A stretch of DNA of 64,000 nt from Chloroflexota bacterium (GTDB lineage: Bacteria > Chloroflexota > Anaerolineae > Anaerolineales > DRMV01). This document shows, one piece after another, positions 36,665-46,446 of the stretch (position 1 is the first letter of the stretch; the number at the start of each line of letters is the position of its first letter). The notes beneath the pieces are model-generated. The model saw only the letters and a list, made by a program, of their open reading frames with translations. It ran no database searches and was not told the DNA's origin. Location: positions 1,629 through 65,628 of the forward strand of contig DRMV01000021.1 of assembly GCA_011322445.1 (NCBI GenBank). The letters are read 5' to 3'. Both the position numbers and the translations under genes were made by a program.

Positions 36665-37273
36665 TTAACCTGCACTCAGGTTTTTTAGCACGGGATGAAT
36701 GGCCACTGCCGCCCGCCCTCGATGGCTGAGGCGGTTTTTTTCTTCCGGCAGCAGTTCGGCCATGGTGCGCTGAAGCGCCGGCAACCAGAAGATGGGGTCG
36801 TAGCCAAAGCCGTGGGCGCCGCGTTCGGTTGGAATGATTTCCCCCGGGCAGGTGCCTTCCGCAAAATGCAGGTCGCCCGTGGGGGTTGCCACGGCAATCA
36901 CACAGACGAACCGCGCCCGCCACGGCCGCGGGTGGCCTTCTAACTGGCGCAACAGGTAGCGTCGGCGGTCGGCATCGGTGGGGGAAGGCCCCGGCGCGTA
37001 ACGAGCGGAATACAACCCCGGCGCGCCGCCCAGGGCTTCGACTTCCAGGCCAGAGTCGTCGGCAAGAGTCAGCAGGCCTGTCGCCTCGGCCCATGCCTGC
37101 GCCTTGAGCGCCGCGTTTTCCGCGTAAGTCTGGCCGGTTTCTTCAACCGTGAGCGTCGCGTCCACGTCGTCCGGAAATACCAGGCGCAGGGGCAGGTCGG
37201 CGAGCAACTGACGATATTCCTGCTGCTTGCCGCGGTTGGTGGTGGCGATGAGGAGGGTAAAATTATGTCTCAT
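36665..37273 (-). CDS. rdgB: non-canonical purine NTP pyrophosphatase (RdgB/HAM1 family)
   Basis: 202 aa. N-terminal IATTNRGKQQEY, and FGYDPIF near the C-terminus. Confidence 0.92.
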   Translation of the reverse strand: MRHNFTLLIATTNRGKQQEYRQLLADLPLRLVFPDDVDATLTVEETGQTYAENAALKAQAWAEATGLLTLADDSGLEVEALGGAPGLYSARYAPGPSPTDADRRRYLLRQLEGHPRPWRARFVCVIAVATPTGDLHFAEGTCPGEIIPTERGAHGFGYDPIFWLPALQRTMAELLPEEKNRLSHRGRAAVAIHPVLKNLSAG

Positions 37274-37278
37274 TGTCG

Positions 37279-37307
37279 TTGACTTCCCTTGGGCGGTGTG
37301 TTATACT
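37279..37307 (+). promoter_or_regulatory. sigma-70 promoter for yceD-sigA
   Basis: TTGACT (37279-37284), 17-nt spacer, TGtTATACT (-10 at 37302-37307). Confidence 0.65.
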
Positions 37308-37345
37308 GTAAATCGCTTTGCGAAAATTCCTGCAGGAGCAGCACC

Positions 37346-37852
37346 GTGGCTCACGACAACCCCTTCCGGCTGAATGTGGGCTTTGTTGCCCATGAACAGG
37401 TGGGCTACAGCCGGGATTTCCTCTTTGACATCCCCGAAGTGCACCTTGAAGACCTGCCGTTGCAGCGGGTCACAGGGCATGTGCTGGTCACCCGCACGCC
37501 GCAGGGGTTGCTTGTGCAGGCGCATCTTGAAGCCGATACACCTGCGGAGTGCGTACGTTGTCTGGAGCCTTTTGACTTGCACCTGACGACCGATTTTACC
37601 GAATTATACGCCTTCACACGCAAAAACATGGGGGAATCGGGCTTGCTTTACCCTGAAAGTGGACAAATTAACCTCGCGCCGCTGGTGCGCGAGTATATGT
37701 GGTTGGCCTTCCCTATCAAACCTTTGTGTTCGGAAGATTGCAAGGGGCTTTGTCCGGTGTGTGGTGCGAACCGTAATGTGGAAGACTGCGGCCATCGCCC
37801 GGAAAGCATTGACCCCCGCCTGGAAATTCTGAAAACCCTTCTTGAGCAGTAA
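37346..37852 (+). CDS. yceD: YceD/DUF177-family protein
   Basis: Track ORF 37289..37852. I prefer the in-frame GTG at 37346 (AGGAG 7 nt upstream). C-terminal CxxxCxGLCPVCGxN motif typical of DUF177. Confidence 0.8.
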   Translation: MAHDNPFRLNVGFVAHEQVGYSRDFLFDIPEVHLEDLPLQRVTGHVLVTRTPQGLLVQAHLEADTPAECVRCLEPFDLHLTTDFTELYAFTRKNMGESGLLYPESGQINLAPLVREYMWLAFPIKPLCSEDCKGLCPVCGANRNVEDCGHRPESIDPRLEILKTLLEQ

Positions 37853-37869
37853 GGCAAGGAGGCAAGTGC

Positions 37870-38988
37870 ATGTCAGCCATGCCTGAGCCACATGCTGCGC
37901 TCAACATGTTGTTGGAGCAAGCAGCCGTGCGGGGTTATCTGACCACCGATGACATCGTAGCCTGTTGCCCCGACACCAGCCGTCAGGCGTTCTCTCAAAT
38001 GTTGGGCTATCTTCAAAAGCAGGGTGTTGAAGTCATTGAAGATGGCTCGGCGCCGCCTGCGGCGCTGTATGAAGATGTGGACACCGTGGGGCAATATCTC
38101 AAAGAGATGTCGCGTGTGCCCTTGCTCACCGCGGAGGAAGAGGTACGCCTGGCAAAGCAGGTGGCGCGCGGCAAAGTGGCAGCAGCCAGACTCGAGGAAA
38201 ACCGCCGCGACCTGCCGCCCGGCGAGCGTGCCCGCCTGCAAGCCGAGGTGGAAGCCGGCATGGCGGCCCGCGAGCACCTCATTCGCGCCAACACCCGCCT
38301 GGTGGTCAGCATTGCGAAGCGCTATGTGGGACGAGGCGTGCCCTTCGCCGACCTGATTCAAGAAGGCAACCTGGGTTTGATGAAAGCCGTGGAGAAGTTC
38401 GATTACCGCCGCGGCTTTCGTTTTTCCACCTACGCCACCTGGTGGATTCGCCAGACTATCAGCCGCGCCATCGCTGACCAGGGGCGCACCATTCGCTTGC
38501 CGGTGCACATGCTGGAACGCATTCGAGTGCTTTACCGGGAGCGCCAAAAACTGGAACAGCGCCTTGGCCGCCCTCCTACGGCTGAGGAACTGGCACAGGC
38601 CCTCGAGACCACCCCCGACAAAGTGGAATGGATGCTGCGGATTTCGTGGTATCCGCTTTCCCTGGAAACCCCCATCACCGACGCCGATAACGAAGAAACC
38701 GAACTCGGCGCTTTTGTGGAAGACCGGCGCGCGCCGGCGCCGGCCCAACTGGCCTATCAGGAAATCTTGCGGGAACGCATTCGGGCTGTGCTCGACACGT
38801 TGCCCCCGCGCGAAGCCCAGGTGATTCGCCTGCGCTATGGCCTGGATGGCAGCCCGCCGCTCACGCTGGAAGAGATTGCCGGAAAGTTTGGCCTCACCCG
38901 CGAGCGCATTCGCCAGATCGAAAACAAAGCCCTGCGTCGCCTGCGGCATCCCAGCCGCACCCGCCAGTTGCGCGATTATCTGGAATAA
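37870..38988 (+). CDS. sigA: RNA polymerase sigma factor, group 1/2 (SigA/RpoD-like)
   Basis: 372 aa. Region 2 [33 protein letters not shown], region 4.2 [29 protein letters not shown]. Confidence 0.93.
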   Translation: MSAMPEPHAALNMLLEQAAVRGYLTTDDIVACCPDTSRQAFSQMLGYLQKQGVEVIEDGSAPPAALYEDVDTVGQYLKEMSRVPLLTAEEEVRLAKQVARGKVAAARLEENRRDLPPGERARLQAEVEAGMAAREHLIRANTRLVVSIAKRYVGRGVPFADLIQEGNLGLMKAVEKFDYRRGFRFSTYATWWIRQTISRAIADQGRTIRLPVHMLERIRVLYRERQKLEQRLGRPPTAEELAQALETTPDKVEWMLRISWYPLSLETPITDADNEETELGAFVEDRRAPAPAQLAYQEILRERIRAVLDTLPPREAQVIRLRYGLDGSPPLTLEEIAGKFGLTRERIRQIENKALRRLRHPSRTRQLRDYLE

Positions 38989-38996
38989 GCCGTTTC

Positions 38997-39980
38997 TTGC
39001 CTATGCGCCTGACCCCCGAAAAACTCCGCCGCTACGCCGAAAAATTCGTCAGCCAGCAGAAGCGCGATCTGCGCCTGCTGGCCGTTTACCTCACCGGCTC
39101 GCTGTTGCGTGGTCAACCGTTTCTCGGCGGCGCTGCCGACGTGGACCTGGTGCTCATCTACAATGGCGCTCCCACGACCGAACGCGAAGTGGCGCCCCTG
39201 CCGGGTGAGGCTCACCTTGATATCCGCCGCCACGACCGCAGCCACTACGAACCGGCGCGCCACCTGCGCACCGAGCCTTTCCTCGGGCCTACGCTGTTTC
39301 GCGCCGAAGCCTTGTATGACCCTCAGCACTTTTTGGATTTTGCCCAAGCCGCCGTGCGCAGCCGCTTTCGCTCTCCCGAAAGCGCCGCGGCCCGCGCGCG
39401 GGCGCTGACCCAGGCTGCTCGCGAAGCGTGGTTTGCACTCGACGACGATCTCACCCCGGCAGCCCTCGAGGCCTACCTTGAGGCGGTCTTCCAGGCCGCC
39501 AACGCCCCGGCGACGCTGTTGGGCTACACCTTTTCGCGGCGGCGCGTGTTGCTGGATTTCCCTCCCGCGGCGCAGCATTGGGGCTACCCCCGCCTGACGG
39601 GCTTGCTTTTTCAAGCGCTTGGCGCGCCTCAAGCCACGGCAGAAGCCCTCAAAGCGGCCCTCCCCGCGTGGGAAGCCGCCTTGACCGCGGCCGCAGGCGC
39701 TTCCCCTGCCCCGATAGAACTGGCTTCCCCCCGGTTGCCTTACTACCGCCGCGCGGTCGAAGCCTACCTTGGCAGTAGCACACCCGCGAATGCGCTTTAT
39801 CCCCTCTTGTTTACGTGGACCCTGGCCGTGCAGCACGCCGGCGAAGCGCACCTTTCGCCGTGGCAGCAATTTGTGGAAGCCCTTGGGCTGGCTGCCGGCC
39901 GCCAGGAGGCGCTGGATGCTTACCTGGACGCGCTGGAAGAGGCGGTGGAAGCCTGGGCGCGACAGCGCGGCGTGGGGTGA
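38997..39980 (+). CDS. nucleotidyltransferase-fold (Pol-beta-like) domain protein, uncharacterised
   Basis: 327 aa (TTG at 38997, or ATG at 39003). Minimal NTase motif LTGSLLRGQPFLGGAADVDLVLI (GS...DxD), then a helical Ala-rich C-terminal domain. Confidence 0.55.
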   Translation: MPMRLTPEKLRRYAEKFVSQQKRDLRLLAVYLTGSLLRGQPFLGGAADVDLVLIYNGAPTTEREVAPLPGEAHLDIRRHDRSHYEPARHLRTEPFLGPTLFRAEALYDPQHFLDFAQAAVRSRFRSPESAAARARALTQAAREAWFALDDDLTPAALEAYLEAVFQAANAPATLLGYTFSRRRVLLDFPPAAQHWGYPRLTGLLFQALGAPQATAEALKAALPAWEAALTAAAGASPAPIELASPRLPYYRRAVEAYLGSSTPANALYPLLFTWTLAVQHAGEAHLSPWQQFVEALGLAAGRQEALDAYLDALEEAVEAWARQRGVG

Positions 39981-40002
39981 TGCGCTCCCTTCTCGGCAGA
40001 TC

Positions 40003-40048
40003 AAAAAACCTGTCAGGTTTTCGAAAACCTGACAGGTTTTTTTTGCGC
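40003..40048. terminator. bidirectional intrinsic terminator
   Basis: Perfect palindrome AAAAAACCTGTCAGGTTTTCGAAAACCTGACAGGTTTTTTTT between convergent genes. Confidence 0.9.
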
Positions 40049-40057
40049 AAGCGGGCT

Positions 40058-41050
40058 TCATGGTGCCCAAAACGCATCGGCGTTGGTGATGCCAAGGGCC
40101 TGGGCTTCGGCCGGTGTTTTGCCCCACGCTTGGCGGTAATACCACTTCCGCAAAGGCTTGCCCAGCCCCACCGTGCCCAGCAGGGCGAAAGCCATCCGGT
40201 GGGCTTCCTGCAGCGCGGTGGGGGGGTGCCAGGCCAACGCGCGCAGGTAGCCGCCCAGGGCTGCCGGGTAATGGGCGGCATCCAGCAGGTAGCGAGCGCG
40301 AAAGCGGTGCGCCGCTGCCCACACCGGGCGCTTCAGGTGACGGTAAGCCCGGCCGAAAGCGGGGTCGGTTGCCAGCCAGCCTGCCAGCCGCAGGGCCTCT
40401 TCTCCAAACTCGGCCGCGTGGGCGGCGTTCTTGGCTTCCGCATGGTAGCGGGCAAACGCCCACACGGCGGGCACGTAAACCATTTCGGCGCGCGCCGCGA
40501 TTTTCAGCCAGAGCCGATGGTCGAGCAAGAAGTGAAAGTCCTCATCCAGGAAGCCCACAGCCGCGGCCACCTCGCGCCGCATGAACACCGCTGGTTGGGT
40601 GAGGATGTGGAAGGTCATCAAATCTTTCAGCCCCCACGGCCCGGCCTTGAGGGTGTGGAAGGCCCGGCCGGTGGCATCGATGGAAAGCGCATCGCCGAAG
40701 ACCAGCCCGGCTTCCGGGTGCTTTTGGAAGACTTCCACCGCGGCGCGCACGGCACCGGGCGCGTAGGCATCGTCGGAATTGAGCCAGGCTACAACCTCGC
40801 CCTGGGCGCGACGCAGGCCTTTGTTGATGCCGTCGGCCTGACCCCGGTCGGGCTCTGAAACCCACCACGCGAGGCGGTCGGCGTAACGGCGGATGATCTC
40901 CACGCTGCCATCGGACGAGCCGCCGTCCACGATGAGGTATTCCAGCCGCGGGTAATCTTGCCCCAGCACCGAGCGGATGGTGGTTTCCAGGTAACGCGCC
41001 TGGTTGAATGAGGGGGTGACAATCGAAACCAGCAATTCATCCGCTGCCAT
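40058..41050 (-). CDS. glycosyltransferase family 2
   Basis: Track ORF 40058..41134 trimmed to ATG 41050 (MAADELLVSIVTPSFNQARYL). Motifs DGGSSDGS and NSDDAY. Confidence 0.85.
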   Translation of the reverse strand: MAADELLVSIVTPSFNQARYLETTIRSVLGQDYPRLEYLIVDGGSSDGSVEIIRRYADRLAWWVSEPDRGQADGINKGLRRAQGEVVAWLNSDDAYAPGAVRAAVEVFQKHPEAGLVFGDALSIDATGRAFHTLKAGPWGLKDLMTFHILTQPAVFMRREVAAAVGFLDEDFHFLLDHRLWLKIAARAEMVYVPAVWAFARYHAEAKNAAHAAEFGEEALRLAGWLATDPAFGRAYRHLKRPVWAAAHRFRARYLLDAAHYPAALGGYLRALAWHPPTALQEAHRMAFALLGTVGLGKPLRKWYYRQAWGKTPAEAQALGITNADAFWAP

Positions 41051-42575
41051 GCTGCTCCTCCTGGGGCGGAAACCTGGGCAACGGCTTGAGGGGGTGAGCG
41101 AGGTCATACACCTGGTAGCCCGGCCCTTTGGCAATGCAAGGGTAATAGTGGGTGAGAATGTATTTCAACTGCGGCTCGGCATCCAGAAAGCCCCCGGCAG
41201 CCACCAGGAAGTAGCGGTAGCCTTTAGTGCGCCATTGGAAGTCATGCCATACGCTGGCCGGGCGGTCTTGCAGTCGGGCGACGGCATATTCCCCGGGGGG
41301 CGGCCAGTAGCCGATGGGCCGCCAGCCGAAGTAACGAATGCGCATGCCATACGTTGGCGTCAGGCCAATGACCTTGCCGTCGGTAGGCACAGCAGCGGCC
41401 ACCGCGGCCCAGCGTTCTTCCTCACCCCAATAATAAGCCTTCAGCATGTGCAGGTCGGCGCGCACCCCCACGGCCACGAAGAGCAGCCCTAACGCCACCA
41501 CGCTCATCCATGCCCAGCGCCCCGCCGCGCGCGCCCAACCCCACACCGCCTCTACCGTGGGGGCCAGCGCGACGGCGACCCAGAAAGTGGCCGGCAGGCT
41601 ATAATAGTTGTGGCTGATGATGAGGTAAGGCACGCTAAAGCCTAACAGCCCATAGCCCACCATCCAGCCCAGAAGCAGCAGGCGACCTTCTCGGCGGGCA
41701 AAATACAGCCCGGCAAAGGCCAGCAGCACAGCCAGCGGGGTAAACCAGTCCAGAAAATGAAAGGCCCAGCGGGTGTAGAAGTGACGGGTGAACCAGAGTT
41801 TGAAAAAGTCCACCATCCAGTAGGAAATGTAGCCACCGGCGGCATGCTCGCCGCGCAAAAGCAGGTAAAGCCCCAGCGGCGCTATCATCATGCCGCCGAT
41901 GGCCCACGTTTGCCACCGCCGCAGGGCTGTCTTCCAGCCCAAAACGAGCACCGCCCCTGCCATGATGCCGGCGATCTCGAACACGGCAAATGCTTTGACC
42001 AGAATTGCCAGCCCGCCCAGCACACCGGTGAGCCATGCTCGCCGCCAGGTCGGGCCGGTTGCCCACCGGTAAGCGGCGTAGGCTGTCCACACAATGAGGG
42101 TGCTCATCAGCGGGTCGGGCTGAAAAGAGCGGCTGGCTTGAACGGCCAGGGGCAACACCAGCGGGAAGGCCGCCGCGGCCAGCGCGCCGGCTTCCTCCGC
42201 CAGCAAGCGCGCCAGCAGGAAGACGCCCAGTACCCCCAGCAGCCAAAACAGGATGCTGTAAATGCGCGCAATCCAGACGTGCTCGCCGCCGACCACGAGG
42301 TAAGTCGCGGCCACCAGCCCTTCCAACAAAGGCGGCTCAAAATTCTCAATTTGCCCCGGTGCAGCGGTTTCCTGTGCCAGACGCGCCTTTTCGGGGTCGG
42401 GGTGCGGTTGCCAGCGGTAGTAGAGTGCGCGGGCAATGATGGCGTCGCGCAACTGGCGGGTGGGGTGGAAATCTACCGGCGGCTCGGTGAGGTCGATAAA
42501 GCGAATGGCCGCCCCCAAGGCCATCAGGGCCACCAGCAGCCCCCATGTGAAGCGAGAAATCTTGTGAGGCTTCAT
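41037..42575 (-). CDS. GT-C-fold membrane glycosyltransferase (family 39/83-like), paralog 2
   Basis: 512 aa. More than 10 TM helices. N-terminal PPVDFHPTRQLRDAIIARALYY. Clear paralog of the adjacent 42641..44113 product. Confidence 0.7.
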   Translation of the reverse strand: MKPHKISRFTWGLLVALMALGAAIRFIDLTEPPVDFHPTRQLRDAIIARALYYRWQPHPDPEKARLAQETAAPGQIENFEPPLLEGLVAATYLVVGGEHVWIARIYSILFWLLGVLGVFLLARLLAEEAGALAAAAFPLVLPLAVQASRSFQPDPLMSTLIVWTAYAAYRWATGPTWRRAWLTGVLGGLAILVKAFAVFEIAGIMAGAVLVLGWKTALRRWQTWAIGGMMIAPLGLYLLLRGEHAAGGYISYWMVDFFKLWFTRHFYTRWAFHFLDWFTPLAVLLAFAGLYFARREGRLLLLGWMVGYGLLGFSVPYLIISHNYYSLPATFWVAVALAPTVEAVWGWARAAGRWAWMSVVALGLLFVAVGVRADLHMLKAYYWGEEERWAAVAAAVPTDGKVIGLTPTYGMRIRYFGWRPIGYWPPPGEYAVARLQDRPASVWHDFQWRTKGYRYFLVAAGGFLDAEPQLKYILTHYYPCIAKGPGYQVYDLAHPLKPLPRFPPQEEQHGSG

Positions 42576-42640
42576 GGTGCGTTTCCTTCAAAACCCTTTG
42601 GAGCGGCCACTTGCGCCTTGTGAGCGAGGCCGCCCGAAAC

Positions 42641-44113
42641 TCAGTTTCCTTTGGGGTGGCGCAGGTCGTACAAGATGTACCCTTCGCCCTCCGCCACCAC
42701 GGGGTAGTGGGCTGAGAGGTAGTGCCGCAGGGTTTTCTGCCGGGCAAATTCGTCGAAATCGGTCACCAGGAAGTAAGCGTGGCCGCGCGTGCGCGTCGCG
42801 AACAGGCGCTTGAAGGCGTCGGGTGAGAGGTCGAACACCCGTTGGTAACGGCTGGTTGGCCAGAAATCGACCGTCAGGTTGCCATAATACATCAAGGGGT
42901 AGCCATAAGCCTCGGTAAGCGCCACGATGGGGCCGTCTTTGGGCAGCGTTTTCCCCAACTGTGCAAAGGTAGCGGCTTCCTGGCGGCAGGTGCATTGCTG
43001 CATTTGCCATGCCGTAATGCCGATGGGGTACACCGCGGCGGCTACCACTCCCACCCCAAACAACGCTTGAGCCCATTTGGGGCGCGAGGCAAGCGCCGGC
43101 ACCAGGGTTTGCGCCGCCCCGGCCAGCCCCAGCGCCACCCAGGGGAGCAGCGGCAACTGGTAGTAGGAATGTGTGGCGATGTGAAACGGCACCAGGAAAC
43201 CATAAGCCAGGTAAGCCGCACCCCACCCCAGGGCCAAAGCGCGTCCCCGCCCGCGCAAAGTCACGGCCCCGAGCAACGCCAGCAACAGAAAGCCGCCGCC
43301 GAAAGCCCCGCCCAATTGCTGCAACCACCCCCCGTACAACTTGGGCGAAAACCATAGCGGTATCATCCGCAGCGTCCACGTGCGCAGGAAATCGCCGCCG
43401 ACTTCCCCGCGAGGCATGGCTAAGTAAACGGCGACGACCGGCACGGTCATCCCCGCCAGGGCGGCCCAAAACGTCCAGCGTTTCCAGAACCGCCGCGGGG
43501 CGCGCCAGATTTCCACCGCCGCGAAAATGCCCAGAGCGAAAATCAGGCCATACGCCTTGACCATGCCTGCCAAAGCCCCCAGCGGAAGCGCCCAGAAACG
43601 AGCCTTCCCCTCTTGGGTAGCGGTATAGGCCGTCCACACCAGCAATACCGTCATCAGGGGGTCGGGCTGGAACGAGCGGCTGGCCTGGATGGCGAAAGGC
43701 AGCAGCATCCAATAAGCCACCGCGACCAGCGCCGCGTCGGGGTTCGTCAGGCGGCGCGCCAATAGATAAAGCCCCCACGCCCCCAGCAGCCAAAAGAGCA
43801 GGTCATACAGCCGCACCACCCATAAGTGGAAGCCGAAGTGCTGCCCGGCCCAGACGCAAGTTTGGGCAACCAGCGCCTCGAACAGGGGCGGCTCGTAACG
43901 CGCCATGCGGTTGCCCAAGGCGCGTTGTTCTGTTTCGGCGGGGGTGATGGTGCCCGGCCGCCACGTGAGGTAAAACTGGCGCGCAATCAGCGCGCTGTGC
44001 ATCTGGCGGGTTGGGTGGAAATCCAGCGGTGGGTCGGTAAGGTGATAGAGGCGGATGCCCGCCCCTGCCAGGAGAAGGATTGCCAGTAGAATCCAACGCA
44101 AGCGACGCGGCAT
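42641..44113 (-). CDS. GT-C-fold membrane glycosyltransferase (family 39/83-like), paralog 1
   Basis: Track ORF 42641..44170 trimmed to ATG 44113 (MPRRLRWILLAILLLAG). PPLDFHPTRQMHSALIARQFYL aligns with paralog 2, and the two are collinear throughout. Confidence 0.7.
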   Translation of the reverse strand: MPRRLRWILLAILLLAGAGIRLYHLTDPPLDFHPTRQMHSALIARQFYLTWRPGTITPAETEQRALGNRMARYEPPLFEALVAQTCVWAGQHFGFHLWVVRLYDLLFWLLGAWGLYLLARRLTNPDAALVAVAYWMLLPFAIQASRSFQPDPLMTVLLVWTAYTATQEGKARFWALPLGALAGMVKAYGLIFALGIFAAVEIWRAPRRFWKRWTFWAALAGMTVPVVAVYLAMPRGEVGGDFLRTWTLRMIPLWFSPKLYGGWLQQLGGAFGGGFLLLALLGAVTLRGRGRALALGWGAAYLAYGFLVPFHIATHSYYQLPLLPWVALGLAGAAQTLVPALASRPKWAQALFGVGVVAAAVYPIGITAWQMQQCTCRQEAATFAQLGKTLPKDGPIVALTEAYGYPLMYYGNLTVDFWPTSRYQRVFDLSPDAFKRLFATRTRGHAYFLVTDFDEFARQKTLRHYLSAHYPVVAEGEGYILYDLRHPKGN

Positions 44114-44127
44114 GGCACGCTCCTCAA

Positions 44128-45240
44128 TTAGTCCGGCCCGGCTGCCTGGCCGAGCACCGCTTCTGCCCATGCCTCGAAGCGGCCGGCGATGATGGCTTCC
44201 CGCATGTCGCGCGCCAGTTGCACCAGCGTGTGCAGGTTGTGGATGGAAAGCAGCGTCGCGGCCAGCATCTCTTTGGCCACGATGAGGTGCCGGATGTAGG
44301 CGCGGCTAAAGTGCTGGCAGGTGTAGCAGGTGCAGGTTTCGTCGATGGGGCGGGGGTCGCGGGCGAATTCCTGACGGCGCATGTTCAGCCGCCCGCCGTT
44401 TTGCAGCATCGCGGCATGATGGCGAGCGAGGCGGGTGGGCAGCACGCAATCGAAAATGTCTACCCCGCGGCGCACACCCTCGATCAAATCCTGCGGCGTG
44501 CCCACGCCCATCAGGTAGCGCGGCTTTTCGGGCGGCAGCACTGCGTTGACCACCTCGATCATCGCGTACATTTCTTCCTTGGTTTCGCCCACCGAAAGCC
44601 CGCCAATGGCATGGCCGGGGAAGCCCAGGGAGGCGATGAACTCGGCGGATTGCTCCCGCAGGTCGGGGAACACGCCGCCCTGCACAATGCCGAAAAGCGC
44701 CTGGTCGGCGCGTTTGTGGGCTTTCAGGCTGCGCTCAGCCCAGGCGTGGGTGCGGGCAAGGGCTTCCTCGTTGTAGGCGCGGTCGTAGGGTGGCGGGCAT
44801 TCGTCGAAGGCCATGATGATGTCCGCGCCGAGGTTTTCCTGAATGGCGATGGATTTTTCCGGCGTGAAGCGGTGCACCGAGCCGTCGAGGTGACTGCGGA
44901 AGGTCACGCCCTCGGCGTCAATTTCCCGAATTTTGGCAAGGGAAAACACCTGGAAGCCGCCGGAGTCGGTCAGCATGGGGTGCGGCCATTGCATGAATTC
45001 GTGCAAACCGCCCATTTCGGCCACCAGGTCGTCGCCCGGGCGCAGGTAAAGGTGGTAGGTGTTCGCCAGCACCAGCGAAGCGCCGAGGGCTTCCAGGTGG
45101 TCGGGCGTGACGGCTTTCACGGTGGCCTGCGTGCCCACGGGGGCGAAAACCGGCGTCAGCAGGTCGCCGTGGGGGGTGTGGAAAACGCCCGCGCGGGCGT
45201 GGCCGTCGGTGGCAATGATGTCAAAAGAAAACATAGGCAA
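44128..45240 (-). CDS. tgt: tRNA-guanine transglycosylase (queuine tRNA-ribosyltransferase)
   Basis: 370 aa. LTDSGGFQ, GGLSVGE and the zinc site CTCYTCQHFSRAYIRHL. Confidence 0.96.
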   Translation of the reverse strand: MPMFSFDIIATDGHARAGVFHTPHGDLLTPVFAPVGTQATVKAVTPDHLEALGASLVLANTYHLYLRPGDDLVAEMGGLHEFMQWPHPMLTDSGGFQVFSLAKIREIDAEGVTFRSHLDGSVHRFTPEKSIAIQENLGADIIMAFDECPPPYDRAYNEEALARTHAWAERSLKAHKRADQALFGIVQGGVFPDLREQSAEFIASLGFPGHAIGGLSVGETKEEMYAMIEVVNAVLPPEKPRYLMGVGTPQDLIEGVRRGVDIFDCVLPTRLARHHAAMLQNGGRLNMRRQEFARDPRPIDETCTCYTCQHFSRAYIRHLIVAKEMLAATLLSIHNLHTLVQLARDMREAIIAGRFEAWAEAVLGQAAGPD

Positions 45241-45305
45241 CTCGGTCTAAAGGGAAGATAAGGGCGAGACGGGAACAGCCCTGCAACCTGCATCCTGCAA
45301 CCTGC

Positions 45306-46151
45306 CTACCGCTTCCAGACGCCGTTTTGGTAATGCCACACCAGCCGCTGGCCGTCGCCGGTTTCGATGATGAAATCCAGAATGCCATCCTTGTTAGGGT
45401 CGGCGAGGAAAGGCACCGGCGAGGCAAAGGGTTGGTCGGCGTCTTCCAGCAGGTCACGCAGGCGGCCATCGCGCCAGCCCAGGATGGCGAATTTCTCCAC
45501 GCAGTTGGCATCGTTGGCGTCACAGTGGGCGACGGAAACCACCAGTTCGATGCGGCCGTCGGCGTTCATATCCTGGGCAAAGTGGACGATGGGCATCCCC
45601 CAGGCGTAGCGGTCGGCGGGTTCCTGAAACACCACCGGCGGGGCGTAATGGCCCTGGTCGCAAAGGTAAATGTAAAGGGCGCCTTGAGGCGGTCGTGCCT
45701 GGGGGGAAAGCAGCAATGCCACCACGGCATCTTCCCAATGGTCGCCATTCATATCCACGGAAAGCACAGCCTGCGGATACCCCCCCAGGCCGGCGCGCTG
45801 CAGGGCGCGATCGAGGTTGGGGAGGGGCATGCCCGCATTGAGCACCTGCAGCAAACCGCCGTGGAGCAATTGGGTGGTGCTCATGTTCAGCGTTTTGCGC
45901 TCAGGGTTTTGGGGAACGCAGGGGCGCAGGCTGACTGCCGCGGGGGAAGGTGTGGGTGCTGGCGAAGCGGTGACCGGCGGGCTGGTGGGGGTGGGGAAGA
46001 GCAGCGGTGTGGGCTGCGGCAGCGGAGCAATGTGAAGCGGCGAGGGGGAAGGCGTGGGGAGCAGGTGTGGTTGCACGGGCGGCGGTGCCAGGCAACCCCA
46101 CAGGGTCAGAAAAGCGACGAGGAGCATTCCCAAAAAGGATTTTTTCGCCAT
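45306..46151 (-). CDS. secreted lipoprotein with FG-GAP/VCBS-like repeats
   Basis: Track ORF 45306..46160. I prefer the ATG at 46151 (GAGGAG upstream). Lipobox LWGC, PT-rich linker, three Dx(N/D)xDGxxD(h) repeats (DMNGDHWEDAVV, DMNADGRIELVV, DPNKDGILDFII). Confidence 0.7.
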   Translation of the reverse strand: MAKKSFLGMLLVAFLTLWGCLAPPPVQPHLLPTPSPSPLHIAPLPQPTPLLFPTPTSPPVTASPAPTPSPAAVSLRPCVPQNPERKTLNMSTTQLLHGGLLQVLNAGMPLPNLDRALQRAGLGGYPQAVLSVDMNGDHWEDAVVALLLSPQARPPQGALYIYLCDQGHYAPPVVFQEPADRYAWGMPIVHFAQDMNADGRIELVVSVAHCDANDANCVEKFAILGWRDGRLRDLLEDADQPFASPVPFLADPNKDGILDFIIETGDGQRLVWHYQNGVWKR

Positions 46152-46189
46152 GGCACACACTCCTCACATAGCGCCGCCCAAAGGCGGAA

Positions 46190-46231
46190 ACAGAAAAGAC
46201 GGGCTCACAGCGTACGCGAGAAGCCCGTCTT
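46190..46231 (-). terminator. terminator hairpin after tRNA-Gln
   Basis: On the minus strand, AAGACGGGCT...AGCCCGTCTT followed by TTCTGTTT. Confidence 0.6.
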
Positions 46232-46237
46232 GCCAGG

Positions 46238-46309
46238 CTGGGGCGCCTGGACTCGAACCAGGATTAACGGATCCAAAGTCCGCTGTGCTGCCGATTGCAC
46301 CACGCCCCA
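46238..46309 (-). tRNA. tRNA-Gln (anticodon TTG)
   Basis: Minus-strand TGGGGCGTGGTGCAATCGGCAGCACAGCGGACTTTGGATCCGTTAATCCTGGTTCGAGTCCAGGCGCCCCAG. Acceptor TGGGGCG/CGCCCCA (U1-A72 as in Gln tRNAs), anticodon loop CTTTGGA, T-arm CCTGG-TTCGAGT-CCAGG. CCA is not encoded. Confidence 0.9.
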
Positions 46310-46320
46310 ACGATGGGGCA

Positions 46321-46350
46321 ATTTTATCATGATTCCGCATGGTGGGGCAA
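46321..46350 (-). promoter_or_regulatory. promoter of tRNA-Gln
   Basis: Minus-strand TTGCCC (46350-46345), 18-nt spacer, TGaTAAAAT (-10 at 46326-46321), about 12 nt upstream of the tRNA 5' end. Confidence 0.55.
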
Positions 46351-46375
46351 CGGTTTCGCGTGTTCGTGAGGGTTG

Positions 46376-46411
46376 GGGAAACAACGGCCGCGCGGAAACT
46401 TCCGCGCGGCG
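46376..46411 (-). terminator. intrinsic terminator closing the 54.8-46.4 kb operon
   Basis: On the minus strand, CGCCGCGCGGAA-GTTT-CCGCGCGGCCG followed by TTGTTTCC. Confidence 0.65.
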
Positions 46412-46446
46412 AGGTGGGCTATCGTCCCTGGAAGAGCAGGAGGAGA

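Noticed and set aside
38976-40463. 495-aa minus-strand ORF spanning the NTase gene, the bidirectional terminator and the GT2 gene end
   Set aside because: Its composition is Arg/Pro/Gly-rich. It reads straight through a perfect terminator palindrome and overlaps two better-supported genes on both strands.
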